DNA from: Isurus oxyrinchus
Lineage: Eukaryota
NCBI GenBank assembly: GCA_026770705.1
Contig: JANJGN010000021.1
Coordinates: 99,324,001-99,388,000 of the forward strand
Length of the DNA stretch: 64,000 bases
Direction of reading: 5' to 3'
In this document: positions 50,501 to 63,700 of the stretch, piece after piece
Position numbering within the stretch: the stretch's first letter is position 1
Layout of the letters: each line of letters opens with the position of its first letter
The notes under the pieces: generated by a model
The model's database searches: none
What the model saw: only the letters and a program-made list of their open reading frames with translations
What the model was told of the DNA's origin: nothing
Program-made: the position numbers and the translations under genes

Positions 50501-50902
50501 GATATTTGTGTCTCCTCAGTGGTAGTGACAGAAGAAAAGACATGCATGGGAAGAGGAGATCCCTCGGCATGTCCTCATCTCAGTCGCAGCTTTGTTGGTA
50601 TCATTAGATGGCGGAGAAGGCTTCAAATCTTTTCTTGCATCGTTCTTGTTCCTCAGTGGGCTTGGTGTTACCCTTTGGCTTTCAAAAGCTCCTCTTCAGA
50701 GACTGCATGGTGCCCCAGCTGTGCTGCTGGCCAATCCAATTGTCTGGCAGCTTTCTATGGCAGGACTTCCTCCCCAGGTGTAGGCAGAAGACTCAATCTT
50801 AGCCCCGTCAAGTGTAAAATGACTGTGGAACAGCCGGCTTTGTCGTGGGCGGGCTCTCACTCAACTTTCAGTCAGGGTGCCGTGCCCTATAAAATTCAGC
50901 CC
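47502..50902 (+). mobile_element. Harbinger-type DNA element with an intron-containing Myb/SANT-like gene remnant and a nested LINE (49690-50300)
   Basis: Terminal GGGCGGAATT and AAAATTCAGCCC are inverted. PAWEAVTEQVS…RRKRKNDLIRSAR|gtaagt, then AKLVHNR. No clean TSD seen. Confidence 0.6.
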
Positions 50903-51134
50903 AATGTTTCAGCTCTGACTTTTCATCAGAATGCAGATTATTCAGTAGTAGGGACGGTGGTGTAAGGCCATTGGATGGGGGCCGCAGGTCAAGTAAAGAA
51001 ACTAAAGATGGGTCTAGAAGAGGTCTGAGTGGCAGAATGATGAACAGCTGATATTAGAAAGCAAACAAAAATGAAAACAAGGAAGTAAAACCAAAGCCAG
51101 CAAAGAAAAGGGGGAAAAAAAGTAGGTACGGAGA

Positions 51135-54100
51135 TGTGGTAAAATGGAGTGCTATGTACCTTTAAGAGACTTTAGTTAGTTGACCATGTGACTGTATTGA
51201 CCAATCGCTACACAGCGCGGGCTTCTTGGGTAAATAAGGCGAGAGCTGGAGGTGATTGAAGGAGCACACTTGGTGTTAGTGCTCTGTTCTTAGTTCCAAT
51301 AAACTACCAGTGTTTATTCAGTTAATCGGCCTCTCTGCCTATATTGTTTCAAGCACCAACTAATGTGTTAATATCAAGGTCGAAACTAACATCGGCCGGG
51401 CAAAGCGAAACTGATAACCAGAAACGTAAAACTGGCAATGAGGATGGGATAGGATAAATTGATGACAATCAAGAAAGCCGGGTAAGCCAGCTAAGTTACT
51501 TCATTACTACCTTGAAAGCTGTTTGAAAGCAGTCTCCTTAGTCATCGAGTATGCTGCAGTTTGGACATCTTGAACCATTCAACCCTGTTTCCAATGACTG
51601 GTCTCATTATGTCGAACGCCTGGCATCCTTCTTTACCATTAATGACATCGTGGGGGAGGACAAGAAGAGGGCAATTCTTTTGTCCATGTGCAGGAGCAAA
51701 ATGCATGGGCTGATCCGCAGCCTCACATCACCAAACACCCCCGAAACGAAGACTTTTTTGATGAGTTAGTAAACATTGTAAGAAACCACCTGAAGCCAAA
51801 GCCCTCAGTCACTATGCAGCATTTTAAATTCAATTCGAGGAATAGGCTTCCAGGAGAGACAATCACTGGCTATGTAGCTGCTTTAAAGGAATTAACGGAA
51901 TATTGAGAGTTCGGAACTTCAACTGATGCCATGTTGAGAGACCGATTGATATGCAGCATCTGAAACTAATTTAGACTCCAGTAAGGCATTAGAATTGGCA
52001 ACAGCCATGGAGAGCGCTGTTAGAGACTCAGAGGCAACAAAAGGTACACAAAATGGTACACAAAAGTAGGGCAGGAAGGGCCAGTAACAAAAGGCACGAA
52101 AACGTCGGATTCCGCAGAAAGGCAGGGAACGCCCACCATGTACAGACCATTGAAGAACAACAGTAGTACAGTGAAAGCCTGCGACATTAATGAGAGAAAT
52201 GCACCCAGGCAGCCTGCAGGCAATTAACAGTTCTGAAATGTCGAATGCTTTTCCTGCCACTGCAATGGTCACATAATGTGGCACTGTCAACAGAGGTTGC
52301 GGCAGCATTTTAAAAACAAAGGTAGAAATCACGAAATCTGTCTCATTGAAGAACCAGAGGAAGCAGAGTCTGACATCTATTCATTATACAACCTGACAGT
52401 GGGTAGAACTGAGCCAATCCAGGTAGTCATTGGAGTCAAGATGGCGATAGATACTGGGATGCCAGTGTCTGTCATAGCAGAATATACATTCAGACACTTG
52501 AATAAAGGAGTCCGTCATTTAAGTTTGGAAGAATTGGATGCTAAATTAAAAACATAAACAGGCAAAGAAGTAAGAATGAAAGGGATACGTCAAGTACTGG
52601 TGCAGTTTGGGGGTCAGGCTGCAAATTTACCCCTTTATAGTAGTAGCTGGGGCGAGCTCAGTTTAATCGGTTGTAACTAGGTCAAAAAGATGAAATTGCA
52701 ATGGGCTGAGATATTTCAAATCAGAATGAGAAACTTACAGGAATTCTTACAAAAGTAAGCTTCCATTTTCAGTGATGAGCTGAAAGGGATTCATGGGCTA
52801 CAAGCCAAAATCCACACAGACATTAACACAAATCCCCAGATTTATCAGAGCCAGACCAGTCTCTTATGCTCTATGGGACAAGATCGAGACCTAGATAAAC
52901 AGGCTGGAAAAGTTGGGTATCTTAGGACTGGTAATTTTCCCAGTGGTAGGCACCCATAGTACCCGTACTGAATCTCACAAGTACGCTTATGCAGTGACTA
53001 TAAGTTAACGGTAAACAGGGTGGCCAAACTTGATAGACACCGATACCAAAGATTGCCAAATTATATTCAAAATTGGCAAAGGGCATCACATATTCAATAC
53101 TCAGCATGATCCATGCCTACCAGCAGATGGATCTCTAGGAGATTTGTGATCATCAGTACATATTGAGCATTGTATCAATATTCTTGAGTACCCTTTAGGG
53201 TCTCAACTGTGTGTGCTATTTTCTAGTTTACCATGGAAAATCTGCTTCAGGGATTGCCCCATGTCTGGATGATGTCTGAGTCACTGGATGAACTGACAAA
53301 GAACACTTAGCTAATTCGGAGGAGGTGCTAAAACACTTCTCACAAGTGGAGATGCATTAGAAGCGAGAAAAATATCTTTTCCAAGCCAAAGAGTAGTTTA
53401 CTTGGGCCATAAGGTCAACGCACAGGGCCTGCATCCTGGGGAAGAAAAGGTCAAGGCTATTCATGAGGCACCTGCACCGAGAAACACTTCAGAACTAAAT
53501 GCCTTCTTAGGCATGATAAACTACTATGAGAGATTGCTCCCAAATCTATCAATCTACTGGCTCTGTTATACGCATTGCTTAAGGAAAGCCATAAATGATT
53601 TGGCAAGCTCCGCACCAGGATGCATTTCTGAAGGTAAAGCAATTGTTAAAATCATCAGCCCGACTGGTCCACTTTGACCCAAAGAAAGACTTGATTTTAA
53701 CTTGTGTTGCATCCCCCTATGGAGTACGGACTGTACTTTTACATCAGATGGCAGATGGCTCCAAATGATCCAAAGGTTATACATCTCGTACGGTCAGTGC
53801 TGCAGAGTGACGATATTCTCAAATTGAGAAGGAGGCTTGCCTGTTGTGTTTGATGTTTGGAAGTTCCATCAATATCTTCACGCTCACCATTTTCATAATA
53901 TATCTGACCTCAAGCTTCTGCTAGGATTGTTTGGAGAGGATAATGTGATACCCCCATTGCATCTGCTCACATCCAAAGATGGGCACTGATAATTGGCTGC
54001 TTATGAAAACACTTTTTTATTCACTGATCGGGAAGCTGGATCACACATGCTAACATGCTGAGCCATCTCCTCCTGCAGGTCACAACATGAAGGTACCAAT

Positions 54101-55774
54101 TCCCCAGGTACTTGTCTTAGTACTAAATTTTTTGGATTCCTCCCCCGTCCAGGCCAAACAAATGCATGAGTAGACAAGCTGAGATCCACTTTTATCTCAC
54201 GTCCAGGAGCAGGTCTTGAATGGATGGTCAGGTGAGCCAAAGTCTGATGGCATGAAGCCCTATTTCAATCGCAGAAGTGAGCTCACCTTCCAGGAGGGCA
54301 TATTGCTCTGGGGAGCAAGGGTTATCGTGCTTCCGAGAGGGTGAAGGCCATTATTGGCTGAATTACATAGCGCTTACCCTGGCATTAATAGGATGAAGAA
54401 GTCACATGCACCTACTTCTGGTGGCCAGGGATGGAGGCAGACGTTGAAACCCGAGTCGAAAGTTATCTTCAATGCCAGCAGCTCCATTGCACCCCTAGGA
54501 ATGGCTGGGGCGGCGGTGGGTGCACCTCCATGTTGACTACATGGGGCCCTTCTTGGGCACAATGTTCCTTTTACTAATAGACACCCACTCCAAGTGGATG
54601 GATGTCTATGAAGTCTGGTCACCCATGTCTGCTGCCACCATAGAGTTTGCAACAGAGTCGGCAGTGCACAGGTTACCAGAGGTGCTCGTGTCAGACAACA
54701 GGACTGCAGTTACCAGCAGGGAGTTCCACAGGTTTACAACCCCCAAAGGAATAACATATCAAAACCTCGCCTTACAACCCCACCTCTAATGATTTGGCTG
54801 AGCAGACAGTCCAAACTTTTAAGTCTGGGATCAAAAAGCTGGACGGGGATTCCATTAGCACCAGATTATCATGGTTCCTGTTCGCGTACCGGAGGATACC
54901 ACACAGATGACCAGCAGTATTGCCCCCGCTGAACTAATAATGAAGAGGCGCCTCCGCACCCGTCTAACTCTCATCAGCCTGAATTTAGAGGGCGAGTGGA
55001 GGGAAGCCAAGAGGCCCAGAAGACTAGACAAGATGGCCATAATCCTGAAAGAAATTTCACGGTGGGATACGCAGTTCTTGCGAGAGAATTTGGAGATGGG
55101 CCCAATTGACTAATAGGTGAAATGAATGCTGTGACAGGACCTCTCTTTCCTACAATATGTCGGTAAATGGCCAAATAATTGGACGACATGTGGATCATCT
55201 CCAGAGAAGAGAGGCAGCCCCACAAGAAGAAACACTGTCATCATCTGTGTTAGAGTCTGCACCGCATGTGGAAGAAATGTCACACGATTTGGAAGGGGCA
55301 TGTTGAACCCGAGAGGGTTGAAGCCACAAACTTGCCCACTTCCACCGAAGAGCCTGGTGAACAGTTAACCCCTGAGAAGCGGGTCTCAGAAAAAAACAGC
55401 TGAGGCCGTTGAGCTACAATTCTCAGCACATCAGAGGAAGCTTCTTGAGAGACTTGACTTGTAAATAGTTATTCATGTAAATAATTGGGATGCTGTGATG
55501 CTTGTCAAGTGTACTTTCTCTTAAAGGTACATAGCACTCCACTTTACCACATCCCTCCTCCTTTAATTGAATGTAGTTAGTTGACTATGTGACTGTATTG
55601 ACCAATTGCAGGCTTCTTGGGTAACTAACTCTAGAGCTGGAGGTGATTGAAGGAGCACACATGGTGTTAGTGCTCTCTTCTTAGTTCCAATAAACCACCA
55701 GTGTTTGTTCAGCTAATCGGTTGGTCTCTCTGCCTATATTGTTTCAAGCACCAACTAATGTGTTAATGTCAAGG
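51135..55774 (+). mobile_element. Near full-length decayed Gypsy/Ty3 LTR retrotransposon with paired LTRs
   Basis: The LTR starts TGTGGTAAA at 51135; LTR sequence 51172-51379 recurs at 55575-55774. PBS-like TGGCAATGAGG at ~51433. gag DWSHYVERL…AILLS, protease MAIDTG, RT/RH FLGMINYY, integrase LHVDYMGPF…LVSDN. Confidence 0.92.
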
Positions 55775-57029
55775 GCACAGCCAGTGTTTGCCAGACAAAG
55801 ATAAGCAAAAACATAAAAAGAGGTTAAGTCTGAAATTAAACCGATACTAACCTCATGTCCTCTGGAGGTCTTCCCACCATAGCTTTCAACCTCATAGTGC
55901 ACCAGTCCCGAACAACTCACTTTTACCTCTGTCTCAAAATCCACAAACAAGACTGCCTGAAGAATCATCATTTCAGTTTGCTCCTGCCCCACTGAACTGA
56001 TTAATTCCTTTCTTGACTATTTTTCTCCCCTTGTCCAGTTTCTTCCCACCTACAGCTATGACTCTTCCGGTGTTCTCCTTCACTTTATCAGTTTCCAGGT
56101 CCTAAACTGTCTCCTTTTCACCATGGACATCCAATCCCTGTCTAACTCCATCCTCCACCAGGACGATTTAAATCTCTCAGCTTCTTCTATGAATGGAGGC
56201 CCAAGCAGCCTCCTTCACCTTACTGAACTTGTTCTCACATTGAACAATTTCTTGAATCTAACTCACTTTATCCAAATAAAGGGTGTTGCTATGAATACCT
56301 GCATGGGTCCTCTGACATGCTGGTAACACACGTTTCCTGTGAGAGTGGCATGCAGCAGTATCAAGCTGCTCCGAGGAGTCCTTATTGCCTTCAGGCAGGG
56401 GTTCATTTTCTTCATGCGATAGATTCATAGAACAGCAGGAGGCCATTCAGCCCATTGAGCTCCTTCAAAGAGCAATCCAATCAGTCACCATTCTTTCCCC
56501 ATAGCGATTTTCTCTCCAAGCCCAACTGTGTTTTTGATATGTATTAATGGCTTGGATTTTGAGGTATTGAAATTTTTGACATTTGCAACTGACATTGACC
56601 TTAGAAATAGAATAACTAGTTAGAAGGATGAGAGTAGACCATCTTCTTTGTAGAATATTCTTCTCTGTTCAAAGCAGAACAAGCCCAGCTTCTTAATGTA
56701 ACTGTAATCCCCCACCTCTGGAACCATTTTAATCAAATCTCTTCTACACCCTATGCAATGCATTCACATCCTTCCTAAAGTGCAGCACTCAGAATTGGGC
56801 ACATTACTACAGTTTGGACCAAACTAATGTTCGTTCCATGTAGGTCTCATGTAACTTCCTGGCTTTTGTACTAGTGTCTCTATTTATAAAGTCAAGGATC
56901 CTGTATCAACAATTAATTATTTTTGTTAACTGTTTTGTTAACCTGTCACATCACCTTCAACAATTTGTGCACAAGCAGACCCAGGCATGTTTTTGCACTC
57001 CCTTTTAAATTGTACCATTTAAATGCCCT

Positions 57030-57256
57030 GTTGTTATAATGATATAAGGGCACCAATCACTCATAAGGGATTCGGTGAACATATTATAGGTTTATTTATT
57101 AAGATTAGGCATGAGAATATTTATACAAAGATAGAAAGCTTGAAGACATCAGAGCTGTGGTGTGTTCTGCTCACAGGCAAAAGTGAAATTAGATCGCATG
57201 ATACACTTCCCTTCTCATGATGTTGTGCTGCTATCTCTTAAAGGCATATCACAACA
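57030..57256 (-). mobile_element. Probable solo LTR inside a decayed CR1
   Basis: Minus strand TGTTGTGATATGCCTTTAAGAG…AATAAA…TATAACA. It shares the cctttaag motif with the LTRs at 51135 and ~61840. Confidence 0.5.
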
Positions 57257-60200
57257 TTAACTTGTATTGTTTCTTCCTATTCTCCCTATCAAAATGCATT
57301 ACCTCATACTTTTTACATCAGTTATTGGCCCATTTCAGCAGGCTGTGTCATCTTGGTCTTTTACTTGCTTCCTCACTGTTTATTATGCATCTCAGCTTCC
57401 AACTGATAACATCTCTTCTTTCCTCCAGGGTTAAGATTCACTTGTTGAAATTTTCAAATGTTGAAACACACCTCATTAGGATGATCATAATTGATAATGT
57501 GATGAAGTCTGTTCAAAGTGACTTTGTTATCGAAGATTTTGATCTCTGAGATTTAATGCTGTCACCCCGCCTGAAGGAGAATTAATCTCGCCATCTCTGA
57601 TACTCAGAGACAGAGACATTGTGAATTTGCAAGACCCTGTTCTTCTGCTGAGTAGCACTCCATGATCTATTAGTTTCACCCTTTGGTCCTTGACCTCTCC
57701 CTTGTATTTTGCAGCCTCTTCTGCAAGGAGGGCACAAGAGACCAATTTGTGGCTCAGAGTGAAACCCTAAGATGTAGTGCATTTCGTAAAAGAGACTATT
57801 AGGGAGAGACATCATAAGTTAATGGCTACTGGTTACTGAGGACTAGTGTGATTGGTAGTGTCGGGTGGAGGAGAGGAGAGATGAGTATAAGGGGAGCAAG
57901 GATGATAAGATGAACAATGAAACAATGCTGTTGTTGCAAATGAATTGGCTGTGAAGAGTGTTGTGAATGGATTATGCTTGACATTTGAGAGTGAGGGGGA
58001 CATAGTATACAATTCAGTTGCGTAGGGATATTTTCTGACCTTTTCTGACCTGATCAGGTCATTGAATCATTTGTGGCACTGGATTCAAGGCCTCATTTTC
58101 ACATATCTGCTGTTCTCCTCTTGTGTCACATATAGTCTTTCTTTAACTGTTTGTTTTTACCATTGGCTTGGAAACAGGACTGCCCTACACCTAATTACAC
58201 CCAGCAGAACACCAAGAGGAACATTTAATCAAGCTTTCCTCTCTTTGCAACCATCTCTCTTTTCCTGATCTAAAAGTGAGGGCACGGAAAATGAGAATTA
58301 TGCAGGGGAGGTAGATTGTAGCTGACCAATCCAGCAAGATTGCAGACATGGATGATCTGTCTATCTTACAAAAGATCTCTGCAGAGTGGAAATTTGGTCA
58401 CTGCTGGGGAATAATCTCCAAACTCAATGACTGGACAGGATAGCTTCTAATCATGGTGGGAATTACTCGCAGCAAGTCCCATTCTCCAATCATCCCTCTA
58501 CTCGCTGAGCTACATTGGCTCCTGGTCAAGCAGCATCGTGACTTAAAAACTGTCAGCCTTGTTTTCACGTTCCTCCATGGCCTTGGCCCCCACCCTCTCC
58601 CCCTCACTTCCCTCCTTTAAGACACTCTTTAAAACCTACCTCTGACCGAGCTTTTGGTCTTATATTTCCGAATATTATGAATCTAATGTCTCCTTATGTT
58701 ACTCGGTATCATACTTTATTTTATGATGTTCCTGCGGAATACCTTGAGATGTTTTATTATGTTAGAGGCACAATGTAAATATAAATTGTTGTCATCGTTG
58801 ATGGGAAGGTTGGATTCTTTTCTGGTGACTAATTAGAGGAGAGGTTGTTGCTGGCTTGGAGATCAGGAAATGGCGGTAGTGGGAATGTTATCTCACAGTG
58901 GGAATGAACCCTCCCACTGTGCTGCTGCTGAGCAACAGACTGTGCGACTTTCCTCGGCTGATCTTAAAATTGTCTTGCGTGCTAGTGACATCATCGGGCC
59001 ATGACATTTGAATCTTAAGTTCAACACCCCACCCTCCCGCAGGCTGCTTTTGGTGAGAGACTTAGGGCCGGAATTGTACTGTTAATATTATGATGATCAG
59101 GAATGAGGTTGGGTTCTTGCCTGTCAAAGGGCAAGGGGTTAAAAATCAAGTCAGTGTTTGTGTAAGAATGAAGAGGTACTGGATGGATGACAATCTCGCC
59201 CCTACAGCCCATGACTGGTTGGAGTGGTCAGCAGAGGGGTTAAAAATTAAACTGTGAAAATTCAGGAACAAGGTGCCAACCTGCTGCAATTATGTATGTT
59301 GCCATGTTTTTCTGTTGGTGGCTAATGATATGTGCTTCCTGGAGGATGATCATGATAGGGAGACAGTTACTGAGTTAAGTTACTAAGTTCATTTTCTTTC
59401 TAATAGTTTAGCGCTCCTTGGGCTCTGTACCTCCACCCAAAATGTGATGGCTTTCAACTGAACTCCTGCCATCTGGGAGGTCAGAGCCATGTGACATTCT
59501 CTAGAATGACTGCCTCCAGTCCTTGATGCAGTGGCTGTCTCCCTATCATGATATCTTCTATGTCCCATATTGGACAATCAGTCATCCACTACACAGTCTA
59601 AGTTTACTTTCTATAGAATGCAAAGAAAATTGATTGGGTTTAAAACTAGCAGCTGGCTCACTGCTGAAGAGGTGGAGGAAATACAGGAGTTTTGCACAGA
59701 TGTCAATAGTATAAATGCAGAAGAGGCTGCAGAAATCACATGAAGGGGCAGCATATAGATGAAGAAAAGAACAGAACCTAGCAAATATCCTTACAGAACT
59801 CTTAGGGTGAGGTATGGACTAGAAAGAGAAGCCATTGATTGAGATGTTCTGGCCACAATCAGATTGTTAACAAGGGAACAAATCAAGAGCAATTCCAAAA
59901 TGCAGGACAATGAATGATGGTGAGTCTGGCCATGTCAAAAGCTGCAGACAGATCGAGGAGGGGTTAATCAGAGAGAGGAAGACCACAGTCACTGAGGATG
60001 TCATTTGTGACTCATTATTTCTCAAGATGGGGTCCTCATTGGCAAGGCCAGCATTTATTTCCCATCTCTAGTTGCCATCTACAGCTGGCCAGGTAAGGAC
60101 AGCAGGTCTCGTTCTCTGGAGGACAATTTAATAACTTTTACTGACACTGTGCTTTATTTTCAGGTCATTCATGGGTCTCTCTCTGTCTCTTTCTCCCTCT

Positions 60201-60279
60201 CTCCATCTGCACAGTTGCTCCCTGATCTGCTGAGTACTTCCTGCATTTTCTGTTTTTATTTCAGCCTTCACAATATTTT

Positions 60280-61025
60280 GTATTTTTACATTCGAGTGAA
60301 CCTGTGTTGCACTACTTCTAATGCCAATATATCCTTTCTGAGGTGCAGTACCCAGAACTGTCCACAGTAGTAGTTTAGCCAGGGCTTTGTATAGATGTAG
60401 CAAAACTTCCCCATTCTATTCTAGCTCTCTAGTTACATGACTAATATTCCATTCACTTGTTTCATTGCTTTTGTACCCATCTCCTACATTCCAGTGATCT
60501 GTGTTGATGGACCCCTACGTATGTTTCAACCTCGCTTGTTCCTAACTTTTACCATTTAAATAAATACTCTGACCTACCCCGCTCTGATCCAAACCAATGA
60601 CCTTTTATGTGCATTCAAATCCATCTGCCATACTATCAATATATCTTTGTAATTTCATACTTCCATCCACAGTACTTTCTTTACCACCAATCTGCGTCAT
60701 TGGCAAACTTGTACAAATGGTTTGCTGGTGTTGAGAATCCTGTGCAGATCTTTTTGGGACACTAATAGACACTTCCATTTCAATCCATACTCATTATCTA
60801 TGCTTGTTCTTCTGCCTAACCAATCTAACCAGGTCAATGATTTGCCTGCAATTTAGCTCTAATTTTACCAAATAGTCTCTAACATGGAAACTTATCCAAT
60901 GCCTTCTGGAAGTCCATATAACCTACATCCATCGACATTCCCCTGTCTACTACCTTAGTTACGTCGTCAAAAAATTCAGTTAATTTTGTTAGACATGACC
61001 TCCCTTTTATAAATCTACCTCGGCT
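60280..61025 (-). mobile_element. Decayed CR1 RT fragment
   Basis: LYKALAK…, ccttctggaagtccatata (YMDFQK), aaaaattcagttaattttgttagacatgacct (RSCLT.L.EFF). Confidence 0.75.
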
Positions 61026-61190
61026 CTAAAGCCAGAATCAAATATTGCACCATGTTAATTATAGTTTTCAGAGATATTTACTGGGTCACAATGTTGTTCT
61101 CCAATAGTTAATTTCTAAACTGGAATGTCTGATTAATTAGCTGATGTGAACCTACTGAATGCAGCTATTTCACTAAATTTTCTGTTTCAG

Positions 61191-61325
61191 ATAAGCCTCT
61201 GTTGGATGGATCTCCTCATGGTCCAGAAGCTAGTGGAGAAACACTGGTTATTGAACGGGCATCTCTGGGCCGTCCTTTCCGGCTGGGAATGCTGTACGGC
61301 TGCCGATCCGATTCTCTGATCCCAG
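61191..61325 (+). CDS. Coding exon of a stonustoxin/verrucotoxin-like (MACPF/CDC-type) protein gene, N-terminal region
   Basis: ttttctgtttcag|(D)KPLLDGSPHGPEASGETLVIERASLGRPFRLGMLYGCRSDSLIP(G)|gtaatg, 135 bp, phase 1-1, open. LGRPFxLGMLY(D)xRxxxLIPG is the N-terminal signature I recall for stonustoxin-family proteins. It is too short to appear in the ORF track. Confidence 0.8.
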
Positions 61326-61837
61326 GTAATGAAATGATGTCTTTTTTTATTCGCTCATGGGATGTGGGTGTTGCTGGCTAGGTCAGCATTTATTGCCCAT
61401 CCCTAATTGCCCTTTTTCAGAGGGCATTTAAAAGTCAATCACATGGCTGTGGGTCACATGTCAACCAGCAGATTTCCTTCCCTAAAGGGACATTAGTGAA
61501 CAAGATGGGCTTTTATGATAATTGTTTCAGGGTCACCATTAGACTTTTAATTCCAGATTTTTATTGGATTCAAATTCCACCATCTGCTGTGGTGAGATTT
61601 GAATGTAGGCCCCCAGAGTATGACCCTGGATCTCTGGATTACTAGTCCAGTGACAATACCATCATGTCATTGCATCTCCATCACCCATAGCTCATGATGT
61701 TTAAACTAGATCAATGCATTTTGAAGCATTTGAATAGCAGGATTTGAAGCATGTATTTACCATGTAGAGTTGTGCACTTATATTCACAGAGCTAGAGAGG
61801 GAGCTGGGGTTCATCTCTGGGGAATTGGATTAATGGT

Positions 61838-62127
61838 GTGTGTTGTATGTATGCCAATGCAGATAATGACATGTACCTTTAAGCCGCATAGTGACATTAC
61901 TGTGACATCACCATTCGGAAGGCTGGAGGATAAAAGGTACAGCCTCCAGGTTAGATATTCACTATTGTCTGTGACTCTGTGTCAGCAAGACTTCATGTGT
62001 GCCTTGTCAGTCAGGCATATACTCAAGTAGTCAGCCTAGGTAACTGTTAGGACCAGACTAGATCAAGGCCTGTGCAGTGCTGTATATAGTTATTGCTAAC
62101 AATAAACTTCATGTAACTGTTCAACCA
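61838..62127 (+). mobile_element. Probable solo LTR
   Basis: TGTTGTATG…gtacctttaag…gataaaagg (TATA-like)…AATAAA…TTCAACCA. Confidence 0.5.
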
Positions 62128-62149
62128 GAGCCCTTGTCGCAATCTCAAT

Positions 62150-63700
62150 GGCCGGGATTTTCCATGCCCACTGGCACCAGGCATGTTCAGTGGCGTGAAT
62201 GGAAAATATGGCGTGATTGGTTTCAAAATGGCGTGAAACCAGTTTGCGATCGTCCGCCCAGCCCGCTGATGGCAGGCCGTGTTTCCCACCATCAGACGTT
62301 GGGAAGCTCATTGTTATACGTTTGCATATCATTATTAGGCCTACCCACCGGAATCATCCCCCCACTCCCCAACTGCATTGTCCACCCACGTCGGCAGGAA
62401 AGCTGCCAACAAGTTTCACAACAGCGCATAAAAGGTGTGCACTTGGTGGGCTGTACTTTGACGGGAACTCGGAGGTGAGTACACAGCAATGTTGCACAGC
62501 ACTCATCAGGGTCATCTGTTGGATTTCAAGCTTGCGATGTGTTTTGGGGGGTGCAAGGGCATTCCTGAGTGTTGAGGTGACTTGGGGCGAGGGGTGTGCA
62601 AGGGCAGCCCTGCAGTTCAGGTGGCTTGAGGGGGTGGGGGGCAAGGGCAGCCCTGCAGTTGAAGGTAGTGCACAAGCACTTGGGGTGTAGGGTAGGGTGG
62701 GCGAGGGAAGTGGCCACACATTAGAGACACCTTATATAAAGTGACCATCCCTGTGCAGCTGAGACACTTCAGGTGCAGCCATTGATTTGATTGGAGTCGG
62801 GCTTCTAGCTTATCTGCCCACTCAAGCAATGAAGAGGCATCAAAGTGCCACAAAGTTCTCCAAAGCTTTTCACCCCTCAAACACAGACTGAAAAGTAAGG
62901 AGTGTTTTCGTGGACTGCAGAACAGTCAGACAATTGTGCACGTTGGTACAATCTCCTTGCTAAAGCTAAATCTGGCTTACAGCAGTGCACATACCTTCTG
63001 TGATAATGCTCCTGTTATGGAGACACACTGGAGGCCCTAATAGTTGCTCAATTGCAGGAGGATGATGACAACATGCAATGAGAACACTCCAATCGCTGGT
63101 GGAAGTGCTCACAGCCCCATGCAACGTCAGCGTCCCAGGTTGGACCTGTCTCACCATGGTTCAAGCTAACAGTGCAGCCTTGCAGGTGAGGAGAATGCCT
63201 GCACCTGAGCTGAGAGCACAGCATGGACTAAGCTGCTACTAATCGGGCGGGGTGGAGGTGGGTGGGGCTTTCGGGCATATGTGGATGGTGAGTAGTCCAA
63301 TGGATGGGATGAGGACAATGAAAGTTTTTAAGAGAGAGTGAATGGTGATGGCTGGCAGTGAGTGTGATGGGTTTGTGAGTGTGTGACTTGAGAGTGATGA
63401 GAAGAGTGACTTACCCTGGTGGAACACAGGAGATCTCAGTCAAAACCCTGAAACTCTCTCCTTAACAACATTGTGGGTGTAACTACACCACATGGACTGC
63501 AGTGGTTCAAGAAGGCAGCTCACCATCACCATCTCAAAGGTAATTAGGGATGGACAATAAATGCTGGCCCAGCCAGCGCAGCCCTCATCCCGTGAATGAA
63601 TAACAGAAAAAAAATCATTCATCCTCCTGCGACACTGGGTGGCTGTCCTGCCCGCTACCGTACATACTGCAAATATGGAACGGTTGCTCCCAATATCTTG
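62150..63700. mobile_element. Harbinger-type element remnant with a nested LINE tail (63440-63610)
   Basis: Terminus ggccgggattttcc. Minus-strand gatctcctgtgttccaccagg|gtaagt parallels the DL.RS.R|gtaagt exon end at 48019. Confidence 0.45.
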
